Shown in pieces: positions 39,210 through 52,130 of a stretch of 64,000 nucleotides of DNA. Position numbers and translations under genes: made by a program. The notes beneath the pieces are model-generated. The model was not told the DNA's origin, did no database searches, and worked only from the letters and a program-made list of their open reading frames with translations. Source of the stretch: Haliotis rubra (Eukaryota); NCBI RefSeq assembly GCF_003918875.1, contig NW_025765958.1, positions 310,001 to 374,000 of the forward strand. The letters are read 5' to 3'. Each line of letters opens with the position of its first letter. Position 1 is the first letter of the stretch.

Positions 39210-40491
39210 TCTTCTGTCTGCAGTTGAGGACCATTTTCACTTGGAGATGAGAGTGTTGATTATCCTGAACATTTTGATTCGTTGAAATTGATCCCACGCT
39301 CGTATGAAACACGAAATATTCGTGGTCGGCGCTTTTTGTAATATCCAGAAAAAAAATTGAGGAAGTACCCGTGTTTAAAGAGTAATTCATCTCCTTTGGA
39401 GATGTTCCATGTGTAACGTTGAAATCTGTATTGTCTGGCATACTATTAGGCTAATCCTCCACAGTGGAACTATTTTTATCATATAAACGCCTACATTTGT
39501 TTTACCCGGTAATGCAAGCGCATCTAATGAGCCTTTGTATCTAAAAACGGTCGATATTGGGAAACTGTGTCGGGGATAATTATTCATTTGCCCGTCGATA
39601 TTGTCAACTACGGTTTTTGTATTCATTTGTTGCTATGTTATGATGTGTAGCAATGCACGGGTTCCTCATCTGAAAACTGTATGTAAACATGACGTAGTAT
39701 TGTCAGCAGCAAGATCTACATCTACTTTTTCCGCCAACATGATGAGTACGACAAGTGTGCCAAAACAGAACCACAAGGGACACTTTCTTCCTCTGATGGT
39801 ATCGATCCTGACTTCAGTCAGGATGTAACGATTTCTTTGTGGATATTTTCCACATGAAGTGATTGGGAACTTGTCAATACAACGGGCTGGCAGTACAATG
39901 ACAGATGGGTTGGCAAGTCACAATTAACATGTCACTGGTATGGTTCATATTCCTTTGCCACATATGAAATTGTTCCTTGAAGTGTGGGACTAGCGTTTGG
40001 GTAGCCGTGATATTGCTGGAATATTGCTAAAAGCGGCGTGAAACTAAGCCCACACACTCACTAACTTGAACTGTGGGTGATATTATTTTCAGCATGTAAG
40101 GCAACATATATACCAGAATTCAGCGTCATGAAGCTGCATTGCATTGTATGCACCAAATTACTCTCTGAAGCACATCGATCCAAAAGGCAAAAACATGTGA
40201 ATTTGATTTTTCCAATTTTTATATTCAAGGTGTCAATTTGATGAAACGCCTTTTCAAAGAAATAACCCTTCAGAATTGTCTTTTAGTATGGATAGTGCTT
40301 AATTTTCTTTCTTTTTTATTTGTGTTAACAACATTATCACCTGAGGAACTCCAAATAATTCTTGATTTTTCTTTGTTGAATTATTGTGATTATGAAAGCT
40401 GTATTTGTTGTTTATTAACTGAGTCAACAGTTTTCTATCTAGCTGTTGCAGTGTGGCGGTCTGTAAATAATCTAGCCAACACTATGCATTA

Positions 40492-40633
40492 GTTTAGTTT
40501 TACTCCGCTTTTAGCAATATTCCAGCAATATCACGGCGGGGTACACCAGAAATAGGCTTCACACATTGTACCCAAGTGGGGAATCGGCGTTACGAGCGAA
40601 CGCTTCAACCACTAGACTATCTCACCGACCCCA
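40492..40633 (-). mobile_element. SINE, family B (internally deleted)
   Basis: Homologous tail and head with a short deletion near the B-box. Confidence 0.82.
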
Positions 40634-41399
40634 TGGTAAAAATGAAAAACGTGTGTATCATGACATCAAGACCTCATCCAATAACGTCTTTAATGCCAAA
40701 ATTGGACGCAACAATGGAACTTATTGTTTCTACAGTCAGAAACTGACCTTTGCAAATATCGTATTCATTATCATCTTGAACATTTGATCAATTTAAGCCG
40801 TTATAAAGCTCAAGAAACACATTCTGGAGCTATAATTCAGGAGATTCACAACAACGAGCATCCATACATAATTTGTGAGCCGTTACTGAAGAGTCATTAT
40901 CCATTAACAAAGAACGTCGTATCTTTACAAGCCGCTGTAAATTGTATGAGGGAGTAATTAGGTTTTATTATATTTTCTGTTGTGTTGTATTGAATTCGAC
41001 CACATTCATTCTCAGTGGTTCATGTTTCTTAATAGATCTGCACTCCACCTGGGAAATTGATTGGTAAATAAAAGCAAATTCTTTTTTTGTTATTCATGGT
41101 CATACACTTCTCATGGGGCAGGGGATAACAAATAACAAATAACAAAGAAATGTTTCACAACAAATGTGTTTCAATGTTAACTAGGTTGACAAATCCACAC
41201 TGATTTCAGTTAAATGATTGCAGTGTCCAACACCCACAAACACCAACAGGCTTCGTAATGTGAGATGGCAGTGGCATGTGCTTCCCTGCTTATATAGTCT
41301 ACATGATTAGAACGTTTCAAATTACATTGAACTCCAAAAGCGTCCAAATATAGTAATTTCCATAAAACTGTTTACATGAGATAGTAATACATTCCTGAC

Positions 41400-42480
41400 A
41401 ACTAACTATTGTTAAAACATGATGTCATACCCGAAACAATGTTATACAATTACAACACTATCAACAATAGATTTCACTGCCACATGATACAGAATATTAA
41501 GTTACTGTCTGAAGCAACGAAGCAGTTTCTGACCTAGTGAGATATTAAAAACAACTGTGTAAACACTGTACTATAAATCTTTCAATAACACCTTCATGCC
41601 CTTTAGGAAATGTACCATCCTTCTTTCTACTTGAAAAGGAACCTCAAAGCACTTTCCAAAACATAGTCTTGTTGCTAATGGTGTGCAAACAGTATTTCTT
41701 GATTCACCCACTTCAATTCAATTTATTCATTATCGATCGCGTGTATAGTATCTTAAAAGATATCTTAAAAAGGGGATTAAATATTTTGGGAAATAACATT
41801 TTTACCGTTGGGGACTTGAAAGCACAATTCCTTGAAATGTTCGATGCACAACTGTTAAACGAACTGCAAAGAATTCGATTTATTTATGACATGACTATCT
41901 TGATAAACAATCATGGCGCCATACATGGCAGCAGCACCCATTCCCCCTATCATTCGCCATAAAAAGGATGTTTTGTTACATCCACTATCTTTGAAAGATA
42001 TGGGAATTTGTTGACATGTTAAAAGTTTCTAAACCGGCTCTTTACGTCCTGCTGCAGTTTATGGAGAACTTGGTTGATATTCATTTCCAGATACATCAGA
42101 CCAACGTGATATTGAATCAAACTTCTCAATACATCCCGCCATGCTTAAAAATAATAGCGGAAAATATCACCAAACAGAGAATGTCATCAAAATTCAAGAC
42201 TAATGGCTGGTTTTAATAGCACCTTTATTAGACCCATATCAAACAAACTTCACACGGTTTCAATATGGAATACCTTAAATAACAGTATTTCTGCCAAGTA
42301 TTCCACAGAGTTGTCAATGTTTTTGAGAAAGAGTGAGAGTTTCGTTAGCGTGTTGATCGAATGGGCTTTCATAACATCAAAGGCTCCCTAAAATCCAATA
42401 AAACAAAAATGTATTGCTGGGTCCTGCAAAAGTAACACCCAATCCATGTTGCAAAAATAAATCCCCAATACACAAGACTT
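41400..42480 (-). mobile_element. Highly decayed LINE remnant
   Basis: On the minus strand, FIGF*GAFDV (~42400) resembles the RT motif FIDFxKAFD, and RLCFGKC....VE...HFL (~41610-41670) resembles the C-terminal knuckle. Confidence 0.4.
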
Positions 42481-43070
42481 CACTGTCACAGAAAGCATTT
42501 GAGACATGCAATTGATGCCATTCGGTGTCTCAAAAACAAAAATCATTTGTTTCAGTTTTGGGAACCTCGGAAAGAAAAAGTAAAAACAATTGATGTTTAA
42601 CGCTTAAAACCATTATCCTAATTGACAGCAGATTTATGTACATGGACTGGAAATAGAAATACCAGGGAACCCGTTTGGTATTCAGAGCTATGCATAAAGA
42701 TTTACATAAAGAGTTACAAAGACTCCCCACAAGACTCTAACTTAGCTTAATGTGGGATGAAACACGTGTCACAGACGTTTACCTTTTTGGTGAAACGGGT
42801 ATTGTGCTGACAAATATACAATGATACCTTTTTGGCATTACCAGGCTTTGGCGTCTGAATTTCAAAACGTTTGAGGTACAGCCAAGATTTAAACAGAGAC
42901 CTTCACCAAAAGCTATTTGATGGGCTTTACAGCATTCCAGACCTCAGTAAAGTTTTCAAAAGACTTTATAAGTTAGTTGGATCGAAATGATTCTTATTCA
43001 GCAGATATTTGTCAGGTTTATGGAAACGGATGTTCTCAATTATTCACGTGATATCGTTTTTACATTTCAG

Positions 43071-44213
43071 GATATGAACGTAACATCGACTGACGATATC
43101 AACTCAACCACAAGTTCTCCCAATAAACTGATCGAAGTACACACATTGGAAATCCTACTTTGGGTGTTAGAGAAACATGTGCCATTTGCAATTGCAGTCA
43201 ACAAGTGTGTTACTCCAATCTGGTACGCTATCGGTACCATCGGCAACATAATGTCAGCAGCCATTTGGCTAAGCCCCCGCCTACGATCATTCAACAGTCC
43301 AGCCTACTATCTTGCATCTCTGGCAATCGCAGATGAAGTGTACCTCGTGCTGCACGTCTTCTATGAATTGGAGAACCCTTGGCTGATTGGTGCGCTTAAT
43401 CTCAGTGGATGGTGTGAAATGTGGAATCTTCTGTACATGGCAGCTCAATATACTTGTGTGCTACTGGTGTTTGCCTTCACGGTGGAACGGTTCCTATCGA
43501 TATGCCATCCCTTCAAATCAGAGAGGTTCAGCCGCACATCTCGCTCACCTAAAGTCATTGTGGCAATTGTCATGATATCGGTTGTGTTTGCTACTCCTCA
43601 GGCATACTTCTGGCACGTCACAAGCTATTCCGAATGTCAGTTGCGACACAGTGAAAAAGCTCAGGGTGAAAAATCATTCTATTATATCTGGTCCTGGGGC
43701 TCAGAGATGATTATGTTTGGAATTGTTCCCATTCTGGTTCTGTTTTCAAATATCTGTGTTCTCAGGAAGATGCGACATGTTGGCCAGTTGAAGATGAAGG
43801 ACACAACAACCATCTCAACCGCTAATATGAGATACTTATCAACGACCATCACGTTGTTGTGGGTGTCATTTTTTCTGATCTTTACGACTCTCCCAGTCAC
43901 CATCACATTTGCTATTCAAAACAGGATAACACTTGGTCCAAACCTTCCCCTCCAGGAAATGGCGGAGAACTCTACGTGGCAATCCTACTTCTCCTATTAC
44001 ACTGCAAGAACGATAATAAAAGAAATAGGCATGTGTCATCACGTATGTAATATATTCATCTATTGCCTCACCAGCAAGAGATTTCGACGCAGAGTTATAC
44101 ATATTCTGTGTGGGCCTCTGGATTGCTCAAAAGCCACAGAACGTGAAGAGTCTTGGAGGAATCCAAGTCCTTTGTTGAAGGATACGACAAAGATTTGTCT
44201 CAATTCAAGATAA
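43071..44213 (+). CDS. Rhodopsin-class 7TM peptide GPCR, FMRFamide/sex-peptide-receptor-like (main coding exon)
   Basis: Seven hydrophobic segments with GTIGN (TM1), LAIAD (TM2), Cys at the top of TM3 and in ECL2, TVERFLSICHPF, TM7 NIFIYCL and helix-8 SKRFRR. N-terminal NVT/NST sequons. The acceptor tttttacatttcag precedes 43071, so ORF residues 1-28 are probably intronic. An alternative start is ATG 43074 (379 aa). Confidence 0.95.
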   Translation, partial: DMNVTSTDDINSTTSSPNKLIEVHTLEILLWVLEKHVPFAIAVNKCVTPIWYAIGTIGNIMSAAIWLSPRLRSFNSPAYYLASLAIADEVYLVLHVFYELENPWLIGALNLSGWCEMWNLLYMAAQYTCVLLVFAFTVERFLSICHPFKSERFSRTSRSPKVIVAIVMISVVFATPQAYFWHVTSYSECQLRHSEKAQGEKSFYYIWSWGSEMIMFGIVPILVLFSNICVLRKMRHVGQLKMKDTTTISTANMRYLSTTITLLWVSFFLIFTTLPVTITFAIQNRITLGPNLPLQEMAENSTWQSYFSYYTARTIIKEIGMCHHVCNIFIYCLTSKRFRRRVIHILCGPLDCSKATEREESWRNPSPLLKDTTKICLNSR

Positions 44214-44842
44214 ACATTTTAAAACTTCTCTTGCCATTTGACTGATTTGCTCACTGTATACACTGGACGTTTTCAAAAGTATTCATTGAAGGTCATGTGG
44301 ATGTATTACGACGTGAGGTCTTTCATACCAGACATATTAAAACAATTGCCTTTGGCTATGAAACATTCTTCTTCACGAAAAATAGCCTCTTCACTTCAAT
44401 TCAAATTTCATTTATGGATGCTCATACTTCAGATAATTTGTCCACTTTTGACAAGTGCAATGATCACAACTGACTTGCGTTGATGACATGGAAATATATG
44501 GAATCGGGAAATGATTTATGTAAATCTATGGATTGAACAAGCAGCATTGTGTGTAAATAACAGAAGGCTTTACGCGGATTCGTAAAGAAAAACATTCTTT
44601 ACTTCACTTTTATACTCTTTCCTTTAACTGTTTTGAAGGAGTATATACTACTTGACGAATTACTGTCGTACATTCCATCTTGTTATTGTTCATTCCATTC
44701 ATTCTCACACTTGACAAATTTAATATAGTTTTTATGTTACCTATGTTTCAAATTCATATCTGTTTGATGTTCGATTTCGTTTCTGTTTATTCCAGTGTCT
44801 AAGTAATAGTACTGTTTTAGTTACCTAGATATTTTCATTTGA

Positions 44843-44848
44843 AATAAA
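44843..44848 (+). terminator. Candidate polyadenylation signal of the GPCR
   Basis: AATAAA about 630 nt after the stop codon, in an AT-rich 3' UTR-like stretch. Confidence 0.4.
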
Positions 44849-46574
44849 GGTTAAAGTTGAACGAAATATAATTATTGACACATTGACTGTTTAAATATAG
44901 TTTGTTAATGCACAGGAGGCGGATTTACCAAATATTAAGGATATATTGAACCGCCATCAAATGCCGAAGTAAGCTATGCTCACCGCGGCAACTACCACGT
45001 GTGACAATGCTAACGCTGCAAAGAGTGCGAATACAAGTAATATAGCCATACCCATAAGAATTCTCTGCTAAAAACACAGTTCTGACTAAATTATGTGCAT
45101 GTGAATAACCGAGCAAGAGTCAAACGACACTCTTTCCTGTATGTTGCTATAGACAGGAGACATTGCCTTGTCTGGTTCAGACCCGATTTGATGACAAACA
45201 ACATCATACAGCTGTAATACTGCTGAAACAAATATCTGCTCATGATATAGTCACAATTGTACAATCAACTCTGCCTTTGGCAGATAATTCTTATGAATGT
45301 GGAAACGGTTTTGTCGCTTCTATTTGGTCACATCACAATCAACTGATCTTCAACAAAGTTGAGAGGAAGGATACAGAGGCTTTTATGAGCAAATCTAAAT
45401 TTGGTATAGAATCTTGCTTGGTAAAGATAATGCTTGTAAATAGTAGACAAAGCTTGTCAAAGTAGCCGTATCCAAACTTGTAATGTGGAAAAGGTCAACT
45501 GCTGATACAGTGTTGGTGTTTATGCATCTTGGTAAATGCACGTTGGAGCGAGTCCGTCACTTTACCAACTTCTAACCGCAGTTATCTAGCATTGCTCTTC
45601 GTGCAAATAGGTGGTTGCCATGACTCCGTAAACACTACGTGAAAGCAATCAGCGGGACCAGTCTGTCACTCGTCTAGTCGGTTATTAGCTTCTTTTTCCT
45701 ATTTGACGGTGACCCCTGCAACCAGGGTTGCCTACACGTGTCAATTGTCATAGTCCTGTAATGCCACGTGTCACTCGTCTTGTCGGTTCACAAGATTATG
45801 TTGCATAACACTGTGCCTCCAACCAAGTTATTATATTTATCATGTAATCAGTGCAATATAGCAATCTCATAAACTTGGTGTCCAAATCTGATAAATATGC
45901 AAATTAGGTCAATACACGAACTACTTTCCCAAAACTCCATACACGCCCTACGAATCCAAAAACGTTTAACATTTCATTGGTGACGTCGTCGCGAGGTTAC
46001 AGGGGGTTTTCCATTGCGTGGGCGCAGTTGTAAACAAATACGATTGCCCCAATTATGAAAATTGTTGATTCTGTAAGAATTGATGACAGAGGTTCTGGAG
46101 TCGTTACTGCAGTAATTAACTTTGGAAAACATGATACGGAGTACATGTACTTGGTTTACATTGAAGGAACGGATTATGAGGTACGAGTGAAAGGTGATCG
46201 TCTAAGAAAGGTACCAACCAAGGATTTCGATCTGTCGATCACAACAATGCAGACGACGAATCGATTTCGTCAGGTATGAGAAAATTGATATTGATGAGGT
46301 GAAGAAACTGTTTCCAAATGAATGAATTACAATTGTTCTGTTGAAAACTGCACGACTTTGTTCGTGTTTTTAAACAGAAAGATCTTATTTTAAGCAAGAG
46401 TTATGTTTGCACTATCTTAGCGACTGGTCACAACCATATGCCGCCGTCATGAACGACCTTCACCTTGGTGTATCGCTAAGTATTCTTACCCGAATGATCG
46501 ATTCACTTCATATAAATTCACGTACAATTTGCTTCATTTCTAGTAGTAAATGTAAGAGTGACATTATATGATAA

Positions 46575-46702
46575 AGAGGTTATTAACCTAGTGTGTTTCC
46601 GTATCATTAATATCATACTTTAGGAATAAATGCTTGCATAATACAATGTATTCCTAATATATGATATTAATGATACGGAAACACACGACGTTAATAATCT
46701 CT
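46575..46702. repeat. Inverted repeat (~55-bp arms), probable DNA-transposon end
   Basis: agaggttattaac..gtgtgtttccgtatcattaatatcata / tatgatattaatgatacggaaacacac..gttaataatctct. Confidence 0.88.
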
Positions 46703-47578
46703 ATTACCCACTTGCTGAACGAACAGATGGTAAGACGCACAAGGATGACATGTGTCATACTGGTTTGACTCCCGATTCGTGCGGATGGATTGGATAATCA
46801 CGACCGTGCCCTAGGGGTCACGTTGAGCCAAAACTACTTTTTCATTCATAACAATTCATTATCGTTTACAACAACTTCGTGTCGTCATACTTGGCGATGC
46901 AGACGTCATAGCTTCAGTACCTGAACTTGACCTCAGCTGTTGCACCCAGTTGGCAAGACAGTGACATAGGGCGACAAGACATCAGCTCAGAATGAACTGA
47001 AGGGCTGTACAGTTGAAAAGGCGAATACTAACATTAACGTTTGCTATAATCACAACATGATATCTAAGGAAAAACGTGAAGTGTCTGCAATCTTCGACTC
47101 ATCTGTTGATAACCACGCCGAGTGACATTTGCAAATTATGGAGGTGGTGGATTTGACAGTCCCTGAGTCTTCGAAGCTCAAAGCTATCTCTATCTATCCT
47201 CTCATTGATTCTACAGTCCTTATTTTTGCAAACATACTATTCACACTTTGCTAAGAATCAAATCATGGATTCAACAGAAAACTATGATGTGGGGTCAATC
47301 TTGGTTTAAATATCTAAGCCTATTGTAAGCATGGATCCTAAGTTTCAGTATGTCATTTCATCTAGTGGATCCCATACCTGCTATTGACAGGTGTTGTGTA
47401 CTTGTCAATAACTCGTTCCATGATATGCAAAATGGTCGATTGGTGCCATAAAAAACATTTTTGTGGTTACTCATGTATCAAGTACATAACGTTAGATTAA
47501 AGTGGCTGTTTGCCTAATGAGGGGTTACCATATCATTATTTATCCAGTTGTATATGGATACAATTTCATAATATAAAT

Positions 47579-47931
47579 GGCTGACTGTGTCTAAACTGCT
47601 AACGGCTGAAGGGATGGTGTAAATCCAGCTAGGGCCCATGCAGGAAGCAAATGTACTGTAAGTCTCCATGGTCCCTAGTATGGTGATCTACCTTCAGTTG
47701 TTGGCAATCTATAGCCTGTTTTTACATTGTCTTGTCATTTCTAGCTAACATGTTTTAGATTTCATCACTAGTTTTAACTGGATTTCTGTGATATACTAGT
47801 AGTTTTACTGTTCTTCGTCAACAGGTTTTAATTTCTTATTTATTGATACATGATATAATCATTAATTGTTCTCGTCACGATATGTCTGAAATATTGCCGA
47901 TGTGACGATAAATATTAACTCACTCACTCAC
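47579..47931 (+). mobile_element. Family D retroposon, 5'-truncated
   Basis: 13-bp TSD tcataatataaat at 47566-47578 and 47932-47944, with an (ACTC)n tail. Confidence 0.9.
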
Positions 47932-48516
47932 TCATAATATAAATCTACGTTTAAGTAAAGTTGTGAAGTTCTGTGATCCCTAGCAAAGTGTGAGTAGTAT
48001 ACATGAAATGTCTTCAACAGGACTCTGCTCGTGAATACAAAACGTAAATTCATTTTAAAAACTGGAATTCATTTAATGTGGGTAATATTTAGATGCTCCA
48101 ATTGTTCTTGTAAATACAAGTTTGACAAAAATCTTGATGTTCCTGTCGTATCGGACCACACTATCGCTCGCTGGGGTAAGATACGAAGTTCACTGGTACC
48201 TAATGTCCCGTGTCATCTCTACAGTTGCTAGGTTTTCAAATCGTCTCAAACTGTGTCAGTGTGTCACAATCACGAAATTTATATTGACACTACGTAAAAG
48301 ACCGTCAACACGTCAGTGTCTCTATCACCCACGCAAAAATTATATCTGTAAGGTATGTTGGGATCCATATAATTGTACAAAGATATGCTCGGACACTGCA
48401 GGGCCAAATATACCAAATACATCCCGTTGCCATTGGTGAGACAACTGATTTGAAGGAGACATACGGCTGCAAACACAAGAGACGGAGTCTTGTGCCGTGA
48501 AGCTAGTGTATGCCAA

Positions 48517-48673
48517 GAGCCGTTGGGGTAGTCTGGTGGTTAAAGCGTTCGCTCGCCACGCCGAAGACCCGGGTTCGATTCCCCACGTGGGTACAATATA
48601 TGAAGTCCGTTTCTGGTGATATTCCTGGAAATTTGCTAAAAGCGGCGTAAAACTAAACTCACTCACACAGTCT
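48517..48673 (+). mobile_element. SINE, family B
   Basis: 13-bp TSD tagtgtatgccaa at 48504-48516 and 48674-48686. Confidence 0.9.
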
Positions 48674-49090
48674 TAGTGTATGCCAATGTGAATGAGTCTG
48701 TTTCGTTGAACGCATTTTAACAGCCTTCCAGTGACGTCACGACGTGCCACGATCAGCTTAATGTGTTCCTGGATTCAGACTTTTGTCACTTTGGTGAAAC
48801 CCATTTGAAGCTTAATCGGGAAGTACCACGATTCGAACACACCATTATACGTTTCTGACGTGCCGAAAGGAAGCAAAATGCAGCGCCCCGGACGACAAGA
48901 CGCCTCTTGCTCATCCGTTCGACGGACCGAATCACATTCATTGAGCCATCTAAACCATTTGAGCTTAAAACGTTTGTGTTAGCTTCAGCCTGGATTTCAA
49001 GACTAACTTACCAGATTTCGTATTGTCCATTTGATTTACATGTGTACAAATGGAGGATATATTAGATTATGTCAAGCATAAAGTAATCAT

Positions 49091-49304
49091 TATAATATAG
49101 AACAATTTTTATGGATAACAACTTCTTTATTTCGTGAGTGCGACGTTTCGATGCAGATTCTTGTACCGTTGTCAAGCAAGAGTGTCAAGCAACAACGGTA
49201 CAAGAATCTGTATCAAACGTCGCACTCACGAAATATAGAAGTTGTTATCCATAAAGAATGTTCTATATTGTAAATCTCAACTTCTAAAATGCCACTCAAA
49301 CAAG
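49091..49304. mobile_element. Penelope-like inverted pLTR pair with hammerhead motif
   Basis: Arms 49091-49172 and 49192-49272 are inverted. 13-bp TSD ataaagtaatcat at 49078-49090 and 49305-49317. Homologous to 3892-3984. Confidence 0.85.
49139..49178 (-). ncRNA. Minimal hammerhead ribozyme (U3-A8 variant)
   Basis: Minus strand reads tgc-TTGACAA-c-ggtaca[agaatc]tgcatc-GAAA-cGTC-gca. Stem II has one G-U pair and one mismatch. Confidence 0.7.
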
Positions 49305-51565
49305 ATAAAGTAATCATCACTTTGCCTTCAGCCGTGCAATTTCGCAAGGCTATGTTATACGTGTCCGCCATTGTAAATATTTATATCTGTCATAGTACTA
49401 GGTTCATGAGACGGGACATACAAATAGATGGAATAAAACCGGCAGGTCCATATAATTGCCGCACTTGACGATTACAGGGATCAAATGTTCATGATAATGC
49501 TCAGTGGTGAACTTTGTCGTTGGCTATTATACTCGACCGCCATCAGTACATTGGACAGTGTAATGCCTAGAATTCGTTGAAAGGTGAGAACACAATGACT
49601 TTCCCACAGTTCCTGCAACACTATAGTAAACGTCAGAGTTCTCTATCACTTCGGTCATCCCGATCACATTCAGCTGAGATATTGTGAAAGAAAAGAAAAA
49701 TACAGTACAAATGATCTTAATTGGACACGCCCCTGAAACTGAAAAGGATAAGCATTTACCTCTCTTTGAAGAATATCACATGGTTAACACACCTACTTGT
49801 CCATGTGACATATATACTAAATGTAAGTTAACTGTTGATGCAGATACTTTCGAAGAATCTTAACAACGATTAGACGTGGTTCATGCTTCAGAAAAGAGTG
49901 ATGATCTTTTATTGATTTCCGCTTAAGTTGAGTCAAGAACATGACACAGGAATTTGAATGTGATCCTGTGTTTAAATGAAAACAAGTGAAACTTTGGTAA
50001 GGCTGTCCATAATTTTTTCCCCGAGTTTCCCATCCACAGCCCGAATTCATATTTCGATGTGAAATTCTAGAAAGTTAACTGATGTCAGTATGATTCGCCG
50101 CTATGTAAATGTATGCCCCGATGCGTTGTGATGATACTCTTGCACACTCATAAAGAACAGGTCATCTTAAAATTTACTCAACTCTGCATGTATTTAAACA
50201 GATAGACGGATAGGTAGAATTTGTTATGTAATCTCCTCCATACTATAATACATATTGTGTATACAATTATATATTTATTCAAGCAGCCAGTAATAGGAAT
50301 TCATAACTATGCAGTATAGTTATACTTATTCGGAGTTTTGGATATTCATAAAGTTTACACAGGAACAGTCAGATGCATTTATAGTCTTTTTAGACTTCGT
50401 TTACATCAGATACATGTGTATGATCCCTTGCATATATTCAACTGCATGTTCAATTTTGCCAAATCCTTTGTCAGAAACAGGCCACAGTGCGGAGAGCTTC
50501 TGGATGTTTGGGTTTCCAGAATCAAATTGTGACGTGTTTGATAGGAATTTCGCAATGGCTGGATGACGACAGTACAGCACCTTGAGGCACTCGCTCCTAG
50601 CATCACTGCATTTATCGTCAACCTCGGCACCACATGACCTCCATCTTCCCGGAGAGCTGTGTTACTAATGTGTCAGTAAATGCAATAGGTTCATCATTGG
50701 GAGCGTTGGTTTACGCGCGTAAATTGGGGAATCAGCTCCCTTGGCAAGAGGTGTAACAACCAACCCACACAAAACACAAGACATGAGTAAATAAACGTGA
50801 GTTTTTTGGGCAGCCGCCAAATCACACACATAATTCTCCAGGATATATTCAATCAAGTTTATAGCAAGGTACAACCATGTACACGTATATGTACACGTAT
50901 ACCGGGAACGGCAATCCTATAAAAGCATGACAAAGGACTCATTAGTTACGATATATATCAAGGTGCACAATGTAATCGGCAGTTTACGTATCATTGAATA
51001 GAGCACACCAGACACACTGATAAATGACCCGAGTAGACAGTCGCACAAGACATACAGCACACAGCTTATATATTCAAATGTAGTAAGATTAAATCATAAT
51101 GGAAGTGATCTATTATACACAATTATGTTAATATTTGAGAAACACACCAGGACCTTGACACGTTCCACATAAACCCCACTTAAACCCGGTTGTGTCAAGG
51201 GTCGTAACAGTTACGGTACGATGGATTAAACGTAAGACATAAGAGCATTATTGTAAAGATTTTAATAAGGTAGAAGATAAACAATGAGTCATTAGACAGT
51301 CACAGAAGGATTTGTGACTGTATCGTCCGTTTTATGTACCTAGCCTACCTGTTTTAGCTGTCACAGATTAAACTGACGATCAGGCTATTGTGAACATAGG
51401 ATTATGTCATTTAGTTTGACGGAAGCATCGGGGTTAAATGTGTCTAATGGATGACCATTTGAGAATATGCTACGAATGGATATGTGGCATTCGCGTGAAT
51501 TGACCAACGTGAAATAAAAACATACAATACAGACAAACACGTTGCACCTCGGCTCTGTCAGCTTA

Positions 51566-51742
51566 TGAGTGAGTGAGTGAGTGAGTGAGTGTGACTTTAC
51601 GCCGCCTTTAGCAATATTATAGCGTTATCACGGCGGGGGACACCAGGAATGAGCTTCACACATTGTACCCATGTGAGGAATCGAACCCGGGTCTTTGGTG
51701 TGACGAGCGAACGCTTTAACCATTAGTCTACCCCACCGCCCA
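51566..51742 (-). mobile_element. SINE, family B
   Basis: Full head and (ACTC)n tail, flanked by tgt(c/t)agctta. Confidence 0.9.
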
Positions 51743-52130
51743 TGTTAGCTTAAGTGATACTGGTTTATGTCCGATGCTCGTTATAAATGCAATCATTTGA
51801 ACGTGGTCATTAGTCAGTGATACTTCCATTTTCCAACATATAATTTCATAAAATATTTGTCCATTTTCTCCATGTTTACATATGGCACAGCTAGGCGAAA
51901 TTTATTGCATGTACATTTTGAGAGTGGCCGTTTGTAGTATCCCAGCGACGTCATGAAAGTGATGCATATTTTGTGTATGCCTATAAGGATTTGAAACCGC
52001 TGACAGCATACGCTAAAGGGTTAACATGAGGAATCTCTGCAGATATAAATTTGACCCGACCTCCAGTATTCTTCTTATACATCGCGTACGGATACCCACG
52101 TTGCCCTAAAAGTAGATAACATTTTGCCGG

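Noticed and set aside
42987-43070. N-terminal 28 aa of the 408-aa ORF
   Set aside because: Ends in a canonical pyrimidine-rich CAG acceptor, so it is most likely intron.
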